A DNA stretch of 64,000 nucleotides from Octopus vulgaris (Eukaryota), in contig OX597823.1 in NCBI GenBank assembly GCA_951406725.2, positions 33,666,001 to 33,730,000 on the forward strand, written 5' to 3'. The notes beneath the pieces were generated by a model, which did no database searches, was not told the DNA's origin, and saw nothing but the letters and a program-made list of their open reading frames with translations. The position numbers were made by a program, and so were the translations under genes. How positions within the stretch are numbered: position 1 is the first letter of the stretch; each line of letters starts with the position of its first letter. Shown one piece after another: positions 1 to 10,661 of the stretch.

Positions 1-37
1 ATATTTTTAGTTTTAGTCTTCCTGTTTGCATCACTGA

Positions 38-89
<52 letters not shown>

Positions 90-121
90 ATTATTATTAA
101 GCTGCAAAAATATCAATCTAT

Positions 122-162
122 ACTGTCTGATGAACAGGAACATGAAACTCTTGAGTAGTAGT
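122..162 (+). ncRNA. Hammerhead ribozyme-like motif, type I, partly decayed (family H1)
   Basis: actgt-CTGATGA-acaggaacat-GAAA-ctc-tt-gag-TA-gtagt. Core intact, stem III ACTC/GAGT, stem I 5 bp with two G.U pairs, stem II poorly paired. Flanked by a 16-bp inverted repeat (100-115 / 180-195). Confidence 0.55.
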
Positions 163-209
163 TTATTGTGATATTTTTGTGATGTTTTTGCAGCTGTATA
201 CAAGTATAA

Positions 210-254
<45 letters not shown>

Positions 255-299
255 CACACATATATTTAAATACACACACACACACATATATATATATAC

Positions 300-341
<42 letters not shown>

Positions 342-354
342 TTCTCTCTCTCTC

Positions 355-385
<31 letters not shown>

Positions 386-411
386 GTATATACATACACA
401 CATATATTTAC

Positions 412-456
<45 letters not shown>

Positions 457-477
457 TACATAACATATATCTATCTA

Positions 478-558
<81 letters not shown>

Positions 559-575
559 ATATATATATATATATG
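210..575. repeat. Compound microsatellite (TA)n/(CA)n/(TCTA)n
   Basis: Directly visible; the source of the YIYI/LSIY ORFs. Confidence 0.95.
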
Positions 576-675
576 AATGTATGTATATGTATGTGGTTGA
601 ATGTCTTGCATCGACATTGTCATCACCTTTGATGAGCTGTCATATGCAAGTAAACAAAAACATATATGTATACAA

Positions 676-866
676 GCACCTGTGTCAGTGCCACATAAAC
701 AGACCCAGCACACTCTGTAAAGTGGTTGGTGTTAGGAAGAGCATCCAGCCGTAGAAACCATGCCACTACAGACAAATGGAGCACACTCCAGCTGACAAGC
801 TTCTTTCAAACTGTCCAACCCATGCCAGCATGGACAACGGATGTTAAAAGATGATGATGTTGATGG
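676..866 (+). mobile_element. RTE-type LINE 3' UTR/tail fragment
   Basis: Matches the 3' end of the RTE copy at 57584-58329 (gtggttggcgttaggaagggcatccagccgtagaaa...ccaacccatgccagcatgga...gttaaa(gat)n). Confidence 0.8.
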
Positions 867-1249
867 TAATGATATGTACATATATATGTTTTTCTTTCAA
901 GAAAAATTTCAAATAAATAATACTCTTTTTGTTTAGTTTTTGTAATATCATGACCTCTTTTATCAAAAGAGAAGCAGTACTTCATGGTTTCCAGGGCTCC
1001 TTGAAAGGGAGAGCCCCTACCTCGCAAAGGAGGAGGAGGTGTTTTTCTAAGTCAGAAATAGAAATATTTTATGGCCCAATTATTGCAATACTTGAAATGC
1101 CATTCAACCGATAAATATACAAGTTCAATAACTTACAAAATATTTTTCCTTAGAAATATATGTTTGCAATGACAATTCCTTGGCACAGACTCTTTTGGTG
1201 CATTGCCTGAAGTATCCAATGGATACTTCAGGCAATGTACCAAATGCAT

Positions 1250-2155
1250 GACATAGAGCTTCATTTAGCTTCTATTCACAACAGAACCAGGACAAAGTCA
1301 AATGCAGTGAAGAAACCCATAATTTCACAGAAAGTTATAGTGCCATGTGTATTTGCTGTTAATCATTCCGTCTCTCTTTTCTATGAAAGCCTGATACACC
1401 TGAGTGGTTAATAATCATATTGTACTCAGGTTAATTAGGAATGGAATTAAATAAAGATCCCGGTTGCAACATTTTGAGATGTGTTCAACTTCAATAATGA
1501 CAGCCTCACACTGGATGTTGAATCTATTGCTGTTGGCTGACATCAATGGTGATAAAGATCTGGTCTGAAGTGAAGGATTTTGCAGAAAACAAATAAAAGT
1601 ATGCAAAAAATCATCATCATCATCATCGTTTAATGTCTGCTTTCCATGCTGGCATGGGTTGGACAGTTTGATTGAGGACTGGCGAATGAGATGACTGCAC
1701 AAGGCTCCAATCTGATCTGGCAGAGTTTCTACAGCTGGATGCCCTCCCTAACACCAAAAAGAAAAATAGGGAAAGATAACACCTTCTTAAATAGTGTCAC
1801 CCTTTATTCAGCATGTGACAAGACTGGCCTTTCTAAGGCTGGCTTGACCTCACATCTCAGGACTTACAATACATTTGGCCCAAGTAGCACAAAGATCATC
1901 CCAGCAGACAAGCTCATATCCCATATTTGTAATAAGACATGCAATTCCTGCACTGGCCTGAAAAGGTATCTAAAAGGCATTTAAACCAGACAGGGCAAAC
2001 TACACTGTGCCACTTGAGATGAGACTTATTTTCAACTATTTGTGATGCAAATTTCAAACAGCTCTTGCAACTCAAAAGTCAATTATGTGCTCATACACGG
2101 AAGAAGCACATCGAACAAGAAGTGGTCAAACACTCAGAGAGCAAACTGCCTCTGT
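1250..2155 (+). mobile_element. Highly decayed RTE-like LINE C-terminus with three C2H2-like fingers, interrupted at 1611-1755
   Basis: Residual motifs QDKV..SE and ESIAVG*HQW, then YSACDKTGLSKAGLTSHLRTY, SHICNKTCNSCTGLKRYLK and STICDANFKQLLQLKSQLCAH. Many stops and frameshifts. Confidence 0.4.
1611..1755 (-). mobile_element. RTE-type LINE 3' tail fragment
   Basis: (cat)n-cgtttaatgtctgctttccatgctggcatgggttggacag is the reverse complement of the RTE tail. Confidence 0.8.
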
Positions 2156-2467
2156 ATCATCATCATCATCATCGTTTAATGTCTGCCTACACATATATAT
2201 ATATATATACACACACAATGTGTATGTATATACATACATGCATAAAGCGTATACTTTCTGGATTGGCATGGCAACAATGTCAATATGGTATTTCGTCATT
2301 TCCTTTTATTGTAGGTTATTGAAATGTGAGTAATATTTTAAGAAGTAAGACACAGACAAGTATATCAGTTACAAATTATATATGCATTGTGCTTGAAATA
2401 TTAAATTCACAACAGCTTTGCTCACTGATTCTGTGCTTTATTTTGTGTAGATATTCATCTTCAAGTC

Positions 2468-2498
<31 letters not shown>

Positions 2499-2552
2499 AT
2501 ACATATACATATATGCACACTCTCTCTCTATAAATATATATACATATATGTA

Positions 2553-2712
2553 CACTTTGTAAAGTGGTTTGTGTTTGGAAGGGCATCCAGCCATAGAAAC
2601 CACGCCAAATCAGACTGGAGTCTGGTGCAGCTCCCCAGGTGCCAGCTCTGGTCAAACAGTCCAACTCATGCCAGCATGGACAATGGCTGTTAAAGGATGA
2701 TGATGATGATGA

Positions 2713-2716
<4 letters not shown>
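2553..2716 (+). mobile_element. RTE-type LINE 3' tail fragment
   Basis: Same tail family, ending in (gat)n. Confidence 0.8.
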
Positions 2717-2745
<29 letters not shown>

Positions 2746-2751
<6 letters not shown>

Positions 2752-2937
2752 GAATTTACAGAAATACAAAAGACGAAGACAGGTGGTGTAGACAACAAAC
2801 AGATCTATCAGTTTAATGCTCAGGAAGTAAAAAAGTCTTTAACATTTCGAGCCTACACTCTTCCACAGGAAGGAACACAGAAATAAACAGGGAGAGAAAA
2901 TAGAAAAAGGTTTAGTGGCTAGCAATCTACCTTGGCA
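2746..2937 (-). mobile_element. Family D short repeat carrying a hammerhead-like motif (A6U variant), TA-tailed
   Basis: One of 7 homologous copies. Minus strand 2837-2872 reads cttc-CTGTGGA-a-gagt-gtag-gctc-GAAA-tgTT-aaag. Confidence 0.7.
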
Positions 2938-2949
2938 AAAGTTTACATA

Positions 2950-3003
<54 letters not shown>

Positions 3004-3006
<3 letters not shown>

Positions 3007-3236
3007 GCTGACCCAAAAGTAGGTCTACAATTATTCAACTCTCTTTCGCATTCATATATTAACAGCTTATATCTTAATTGTATAAAAAAATGAAACCATT
3101 ATTCTCTGCTAATTTAGTTAATTTTGTCAAGCTCCCTTTTCAATTTGTAGGATATAAATTAAAATGTAATAAAATGTTGTAAAAGAAATTTAAAGTGCCT
3201 ACATGATAACAGTAAACCTACTATTGGGCCACCCTG
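3004..3236. mobile_element. Tc1/mariner-type MITE, 233 bp
   Basis: Imperfect TIRs of about 30 bp (caggctgacccaaaagtaggtctacaattat vs reverse complement cagggtggcccaatagtaggtttactgttat). TA on both sides, inside a (TA)n tract. Confidence 0.8.
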
Positions 3237-3385
<149 letters not shown>

Positions 3386-3412
3386 CTGTATATGCATATA
3401 TGTATGTATGTG

Positions 3413-3905
3413 TGGCACTGACATATCTGTGCAGTAAGACGTTTGCTTCTCAACCACATGGTTAATAGTTCAGTTCCATAGCTTGACTCCTTGGGCAATT
3501 ATCTACTACTATAACCCTGGACCAACCAAACCCTAATGAATGGATTTGGTGGATAGAAACTGGAAGTAGTCCATTGCATGTGTATGGGTATATATATGTT
3601 TGATGATACACCATAAAGTTAAACCCTTTATGGATGGGAAACCCAGAGTAACCCCCATAAACTGGCCTTCACCAAAAAAAAAATATATATATATATGTAT
3701 GTATGTTTTTTGTGTGTGCGTTATTGTCCCCATGTCTGGTGAGTGAGTGTCATCCATCATGCAAGGTGTGTCCTTTATTTCCAGTCTTCCATGAAAAAAG
3801 GTGAAGGTTAGTGACAGGGAGGGCACCCACTTATATAAAATCTGCCTTTACTAATCCCACCTGACTGAAGCAACGATGGAAAAGGGGATGTTAAAATGAG
3901 GATAG
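3413..3905 (+). mobile_element. tRNA/CORE-type SINE (family A head) with an RTE-like 3' tail
   Basis: Head with ccttgggcaa CORE-like motif; the tail ggaaaaggggatgttaaaatgaggat resembles the RTE tail. Diverged copy. Confidence 0.6.
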
Positions 3906-3960
3906 CTACATACATGCATGTGTGTGTATGTATAAATACACACTCAAACACCGTCATACA

Positions 3961-4004
<44 letters not shown>

Positions 4005-4158
4005 CATATATATATGTGTGTGTGTGTATATATATATATATATACACACATATATATATATATCTTTATACACATACATACATCTTGTGGATTAACTTGA
4101 CAACAGTATATAACAATGTTTTGTTTGTTACTTATGTGTGTGTGCGTGTTTGTTTGTT

Positions 4159-4202
<44 letters not shown>

Positions 4203-4812
4203 TGTGTGTGTATTAAATTATTTCAACTTCCTTCAGTATTTGATGCAATATATTTACAGATATTAAGGTTCATTTGTTGCCATAGTTACGCCAAAGACTG
4301 GCAAAGAGAGAGAATGGTTATTCTTTACAATTCACTGATTCCAGACAGATCCGTTATCAGTAATCTTGTTACTGTTAGTATTAAACATAATTTTAGGGAT
4401 GGTGGTGGTGGTGGTGGTGGTAGTAGTGGTGTCGGGGTGGGTGGGGGTTGGATGGCCAAGGTTTGTGCGTTTGGTCAATATATGGAATATGTTTATCATT
4501 AGATGCATCCATATTATTACGAGAGAAGTGGCAAGGGAGATGATGCGAATGTAATGATGGAGACTGTGTATTATATAATAACAGAAGAGTCTTAAGAGAT
4601 TCAGATACAATGCTTCACAGCATTTGTTGCAGTGCATTGGGATCTGAGTTCAATCTCAGCTAAGATCAACTTTGCATATTAATCATTTTGGGGTTGATAA
4701 AAAAACTGCCAATCCAAGATGATGGACTGGCAAAACTGTATGAATGTGGTATTTGTTACAACTCTCTCTCTCTCTCTCTCATTGTTCTATGTCCAAATCT
4801 TTCTCTGATTTA

Positions 4813-5005
4813 GTTGGACTTTATAAAAAAAACAGCAAAAGATGAAGATGGGTGTATAAACAACAAACAGGTATATTAGATTAACACTTGGAAAGATGAG
4901 AAAGTCTTTTATGTTTCAAGCCTATACTCTTCAACAGAAAGGAACATGAGCAAATAAACAGAGAGAGAATTAAAAAAAAGATTTAGTGGCGAGCGATCAA
5001 TCATT
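4813..5005 (-). mobile_element. Family D repeat (hammerhead-like)
   Basis: Homologous to 2746-2937; motif at 4906-4941. Confidence 0.7.
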
Positions 5006-5469
5006 TCTCTGGTTTACTTGAGTTATAGACTTAACCCCTCAACCAGCTTCATACCCACTTCCATCATCTAACACCCTGGGTGCTTTTAGTGGGGTCAACT
5101 CTGTGACAAGCATTTGGACTAGGTTTGAAAGTAAAATTCCTGGCTGTGACTTTGGACTTTCATGCAAATTCCTATAAACCCTTCCAGAAACTAAATGAGA
5201 GGCTGACGTATATTGACACAACTTCCTGCCATCAGCCATAGTGGTTAAAAATCTTAGTGAAGGGTGTTAGTAGAAGGTTTCCTAACTTATCTCCAAGAAT
5301 GGTGGTTTTATTTAATGCTTGTAGCTCTGATTTTTAACAAGGCCCTGGTTGCTAACAGTTTCAAAGATGGCATTAGTTACAAATCTTATCTTAATCTCAC
5401 TGAGAGAAATCACTACCAAAAGGTCATATGATTCACATCCTTGCTTTCTCTTAATGTTAAGACTTGATA

Positions 5470-6063
5470 CCAGTGCTGTCTAACTGATGCCTATGGCGGT
5501 GGCATGTAAAAAGCCCCATTCGTGTGTTGGGCCTCATGGAGGCAGTGACACCAAGCCGAGTGAGATCGTAGTCATGGTCAATGCCAGTGTCGCATAACTG
5601 GCCCTTTAAAAGCACCCTTCAATCATTGGGCAATATTCTGTGCTTATGAAGACCTGTTGAACCAAGTGAAATCGTAGTTGTGGCTGATGCCAGTACCATC
5701 TGACTGGCATCTATGCTGGTGGTATGTAAATAGCACCATTTGAGTGTTGGGCCTCATGGAGGACAGGTGACCAAGACCCTTGGTGATATACCGTGCTTGT
5801 GTTGACCTGTCAAGCCAAATCAGGCTATAGTCATGGCTGATGCCAGTATCAAGTCAATGGCACCCATGCTGGTGACATGTAAAAAGCACCCACTACACTC
5901 GTGGAGTGGTTGGCATTAGGAAGGGCATCTAGCCATAGAAACCTTGCCAAATCAGACTGGAACATGGTGCAGCCCCATGGTGCAGCCCCATGGCTTACCA
6001 GTGTTCAGTCAAACAGTCCAACCCATGTTAGCATGGAAAGTGGACATTAAACGATGATGATGA
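5470..6063 (+). mobile_element. RTE LINE long 3' UTR with internal repeated modules
   Basis: Repeated ggtggcatgtaaaa(a)gcacc modules, then the canonical tail ggacattaaacgatgatgatga. Confidence 0.75.
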
Positions 6064-6611
6064 CATAAATATGGGTAAATTTTCAGGTGGTGTACCTTGA
6101 GGATCTTTTTTAATTTTAAGCCCAACCTAAAAGCAAATGTTAGTAAATAGGCCAAAACCAAACATGCTAACTCAATGGTCAATGCAACACAAAAGAGGCC
6201 ATGGTATATGAAGTAAAGGTGGCAGGGCAACACAAAATACAAAGGTAGATGGGTGCAGGAAAAGGCTCCTTCAAGGCCAGACTCAGCAATTTCAAAATCC
6301 AGAAAAGACATGATGATACAACATTAGTGAGACACACTTGGCTGTTGAAAGGATATACTGCACTGACATCAAGTGAGGATCACTGGAAAAGTGTACACTT
6401 TACCTAAACAGGAGCCAGGTGTTGGTAAATTCTTCTTTCTTTCCAAGTGTCACAGCTCAGGTGTTGCACTAAACCTGAGATGGAAGGCTTGACGAGATCA
6501 ATGGAAACATAGAATGTGCCACCAAATTCCTTTAATTTTCAAGAGATGGCTGTTGTCTTCAGGTGAGGAGGATAACAGCCAAGAGAGATGCAAGAAGGTG
6601 AGAGGGGAGGA

Positions 6612-6614
<3 letters not shown>

Positions 6615-6678
<64 letters not shown>
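6615..6678. repeat. (GA)n microsatellite
   Basis: Directly visible. Confidence 0.95.
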
Positions 6679-6683
<5 letters not shown>

Positions 6684-7191
6684 GCTATGGAAGGGTCAGA
6701 AATGAAGTGGGGGTTGAGTGAAGGGAGTGGAAGCTGAGAATTATAGAAGGGGAAAGTAGAAAGTAATGATGTCTCAGACAAAGCAGAAATAAACTAATTA
6801 GGCCCCAGTTAGGTAGTAACAGAAACAGTTAATTACATCTAATGAGTTATCTGGTACTTTTATATCTCACAGATCCTTATTTCAGTCTGTGAATCATGTC
6901 ATTCTAGAGATCCATGAAGGAAGCCAAATGTATCAACATGAATTAATTAAATCCTATGGAGGAATACTTCGCTCTTCCTATTCTTGGCATCGATAAAACA
7001 TCGTACCAGTCAAGAACATTGATTTCAAAGTGATTTAAATTAAAACTTACCATCAAAATTTCATGTTAATTTATGTTCCAATTACAAATCTAATAATGAT
7101 GAAATTATTTTATTAAATTCTTCATTATTTTCAATATTTATTGAAACAAACATAGCATAGATTAATAGAAATATGGTACCAAAAAGGTTAA

Positions 7192-7406
7192 TTAGATATG
7201 ATAGAGAATAAAAGAATAATGTAGAGCTATGAAGACAAAATCCCATAGAATGAATTATTGTGTCATTTAGACATGGATAAGAATGGTAAAGAATGGTTGA
7301 ATGTGGTAGAACTGTGAAGACAGAACTCTATGAATCAATTACTAAATTGTTTAGACATGACAGAGAATGGTTAAAATCAGGTGGAATTATGAAGACAGAA
7401 CTCTAC
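7192..7406 (+). repeat. Diverged tandem repeat of about 80 bp, 3 units
   Basis: Units start ttaga(c/t)atg and contain tgaagaca(g/a)aa; also present in copy 2. Confidence 0.6.
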
Positions 7407-7736
7407 TTTAATATCTAGTTGGTTACAGAGAATCTCGCTTTGTTCTGTTGGGGTAAAAAGATAAAAGTTAGTTTAAAATGTTAAAGAAATGGTTGAGTGA
7501 ACAGTGAATAGGAGGTAACAAGCATTTACAATGCCTGAAACGATAACTTTGGTGAAAAGAGATGTTAAGTAAGATCTAAAGGAGTATAAAAGACATATCT
7601 GAAGATATCTGAAGTAAATCTTAAGAGAAGTATTAATACTTGAGACAATGAGGTTTGACACTATTTGATGATATCAGTGTTATGTTGGAGGTCCTCACAT
7701 CTCTTAACGCTCTATTGTAATACAACAACAACAACA

Positions 7737-8130
7737 ATAAAGGAATTTGACAAACTCAGTAAATATAAGGGTCTGGAAATTGAAATACAAAAGATGTGGC
7801 ATCTTAAAGCAAAAATTGTTTCTGTTATTGTAGGTGCCCTAGGTATGATTAAAAAAAAGGGATGTTAGAAGCATCTAGATAACATCCCAGGAGAACCATG
7901 TTTCAAAGAAACCCAAAAGATTGTGCTGACAAGTGCTGCTCACATCCTTAGAAAAACTATCAATTTAAATGTCTCTGTTGTATTACATGGAAATATTTCA
8001 CTACTGCCACTGGCACTTCCCCTCCCCAAGTTTTCAGTCATACTGTAACATCTTTTATCCTTCACTCACCCTAGGACACTCTAGTGTGTCTTAGCAAGTG
8101 ATTCCAACAAATGTGAAGATTAAACGTGAA
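7737..8130 (+). mobile_element. R4/Dong-like RLE LINE 3' end (subfamily 1)
   Basis: KEFDKLSKYKGLEIEIQKMWHLKAKIVSVIVGALGMIKK...QKIVLTSAAHILRK, an RLE C-terminus. Bounded by (AAC)n/(AAT)n. Duplicate at about 13992-14385. Confidence 0.85.
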
Positions 8131-8171
8131 TAACAACAACAACAACAACAATAATAATAATAATAATAATA

Positions 8172-8300
8172 ATCCAAACAGATCAGGTGCTTGAGCATAA
8201 CAGACTGGACCTAGTAGTGGTGGACAAGGTGCACCACATGTGCTATATGGTTGGTGTTGTGTGCCTCTTTGACCCATGAAATAGTCATGAAGGAAGGTGA

Positions 8301-8347
<47 letters not shown>

Positions 8348-8628
8348 CAACCCTCTTAAGTATGAAATAGCCCAGTTATGGAAAATGAAGAAGAGGAAGA
8401 TAGTGCCAATTACTGTTAGGTCCTTGGGGACAGTATCAGAGGGCGTCAAGGGGAATATAAAGGAAATTGGAATAGAGTGCCCAGTAGAACTGTTACAAAG
8501 GGTTTGCCTCCTTGGCATGGCCAGAATAATTGAAAAGAACAGATAGCATGGTACCTTAGGCTGCAGGTAGTAGGCCTGCTATGCATACATGTCTCCAGGT
8601 GTTCTAACAACAAAACTTGAGTTGAAAA
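8172..8628 (+). mobile_element. R4/Dong-like RLE LINE 3' end (subfamily 2)
   Basis: IQTDQVLEHNRLDLVVVDK..CYMVGVVCLFDP..KEGEKID[(GATA)n]RYNPLKYEIAQLW..LLQRVCLLGMARII, a PD-(D/E)xK-type RLE domain. Duplicate at about 14427-14883. Confidence 0.8.
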
Positions 8629-8704
8629 TAATAATGATAATGATAATAATAATAACAATAATAACAATAATAATAATAATAATAATAATAATAATCATAA
8701 TAAC

Positions 8705-8771
<67 letters not shown>

Positions 8772-8773
<2 letters not shown>

Positions 8774-9133
8774 TGAAATTGAGAAAATGTGGCATCTCAA
8801 GGCGGTTACAATACCAGTGATCGTAGGAGCACTAGGAATGATCAAGAAGGGAACCGAAAATTATATGAGAATGATCCCTGGCTTACCATCCCTGCAAGAA
8901 GTGCAAAAGATTGTCTTAACTGGTACATCACACGTATTGAGAAGAGCATTGTCGATGTGAGAACTGTTGCTGCTCATGTATTTTAATTTAACTTTAAAAA
9001 AAAAAAAAAATATGAACGAACTACTGAGTTTGGTTTAATGGCCTACCAATATACACTATGAGTTTCTTTGCCCTAGGAGTCGGGAAGACACTCGGCAAGA
9101 AATGGAAGAAAATTTGAAAGAAGAAAAAAAAAG
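8772..9133 (+). mobile_element. R4/Dong-like RLE LINE 3' end (subfamily 3)
   Basis: IEIEKMWHLKAVTIPVIVGALGMIKKGTENYMRMIPGLPSLQEVQKIVLTGTSHVLRRALSM* plus 3' UTR, flanked by (AAT)n. Duplicate at about 15031-15389; UTR fragment also at about 56679-56740. Confidence 0.85.
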
Positions 9134-9156
9134 TAATAATAATAATAATAATAATA

Positions 9157-9410
9157 AAGCCTTGTGAGTAGATTTGGTAGATGGAAACAGAAAGAAGCTT
9201 GTCATATACATGTGTGTGTGTCTGTGTTTGTCCCTCCAACATCACTTGACAACTGATGCTAGTGTGTTTACATCCCCGTAACTTAGCAGTTCAGCAAAAG
9301 AAACCAATAGAATAAGTACTAGGCTTACAAAGAATAAGTCCTGGGGTCGATTTTTCGACTAAAGGCAGTGCTCCAGCATGGCCACAGACAAATGACTTAA
9401 ACAAAAGAAT
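9157..9410 (+). mobile_element. SINE family A, 5'-truncated
   Basis: Matches 22402-22778. Duplicate at about 15414-15667. Confidence 0.85.
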
Positions 9411-9461
9411 ATGTGTGTGTGTCTATGTGTGTATATACATATATATATATGTGTGTGTGTA

Positions 9462-9495
<34 letters not shown>

Positions 9496-9581
9496 CTTGT
9501 AATGTAAGGATAAATTTTTATTAAAAGATTTTATCAGTGGCCAGCATACGAAAAAATACCTTTTAAGGTGAAAATTATAAA

Positions 9582-9930
9582 TATAATTATAAATAAGGGC
9601 AAAAAGAGAAAAATTTCTTTGCCAATATGCTGAAAAATAGACACTAAATCTTCTAAACACATAAAACATTTTCACTTATTTTATTACACCACGTGTCAAA
9701 ACGAGGAAAGCAAGCTAACAGAAATTCATAAAAATTCATAAAACTATATTTTTATGAATTTCAATTAGCTTACTTTCCTCGTTTCAACCCGTGCTGTAAT
9801 AATATAAGTGAATATATTTTATGTGGTTAGACAATTTAGCATCTATTTTTCAGCATATTCTTTTCTACTTTATTTTTCAGCATATCGGCACAGATATTCT
9901 TTTCTGTTTGCCCTTATCTTTAATTGTATA
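9582..9930. repeat. Fold-back element with diverged inverted arms of about 165 bp, within TA-rich flanks
   Basis: Left arm ...ataagggcaaa...tatgctgaaaaatag...aacgaggaaag..gaaattcataaaaat is mirrored on the right. Duplicate at 15832-16181. Confidence 0.8.
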
Positions 9931-9957
9931 TATATATATATATATATAAATATATAT

Positions 9958-10368
9958 CCTCATCATTGTCTTTCAACGTCTGCTATCCATGCTGGCATGG
10001 ATTGGATGGTTTGACTGAGGGCTGGCAAGCCAGAAGGCTGCACCAGGCTCCAATCTGATCTGGCAAAGTTTCTACAGCTGGATACCCTTCCTCACGCCAA
10101 CCACTCCGAGAGTGTAGAGGGTACGTTTTTCATGCCACCAGCATGGGACCAGTCAGGTGGCAGTCGCATCAACCATATTTGAATGGTGCTTTTTACATGC
10201 CACCGGCATGGCTGCCAATCAGGCAGTACTGGTATTGGCCATGACACTGATGTCAGTTGACTCAACAGGTGTTTGCAAAGTGCAGTTTATTGTCCAATGA
10301 TTGCAGGTTACTCTTAAATGGGCTGGTTATACTGCACTGGCATAGGCCACAGTTATGGTTTCACTTAG
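9958..10368 (-). mobile_element. RTE LINE 3' UTR fragment
   Basis: Reverse complement of the RTE tail and of the modules seen at 5470-6063. Duplicate at about 16219-16629. Confidence 0.75.
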
Positions 10369-10494
10369 AAGGATATATAGTTGTAACATAGTTGTAGTTA
10401 CAACTATGATGTTGTTGTCTATCTACTTATCCTCTTGGAGATTTTAGGTAAAATTATACTAATGTGTCCTAATTTAATTAAATTCTATATCTTT

Positions 10495-10583
10495 GTGCAG
10501 CTGAAGATTGCTCTACATTTTAAATTGATGTAATGATTGCATTATTCAATTAAATGGAGTCGCATGAAACGATCGTACTGCAT
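10495..10583 (+). ncRNA. Type I hammerhead ribozyme candidate with intact core (family H2)
   Basis: gtgcag-CTGAAGA-[58-nt stem II hairpin]-GAAA-cgatcg-TA-ctgcat. Stem I is 6 bp and stem III is the palindrome ACGATCGT. Predicted cleavage after GUA at 10577. Confidence 0.75.
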
Positions 10584-10613
10584 TACCTCTGGATATCCTT
10601 GTTGCTTATTTTG

Positions 10614-10661
<48 letters not shown>

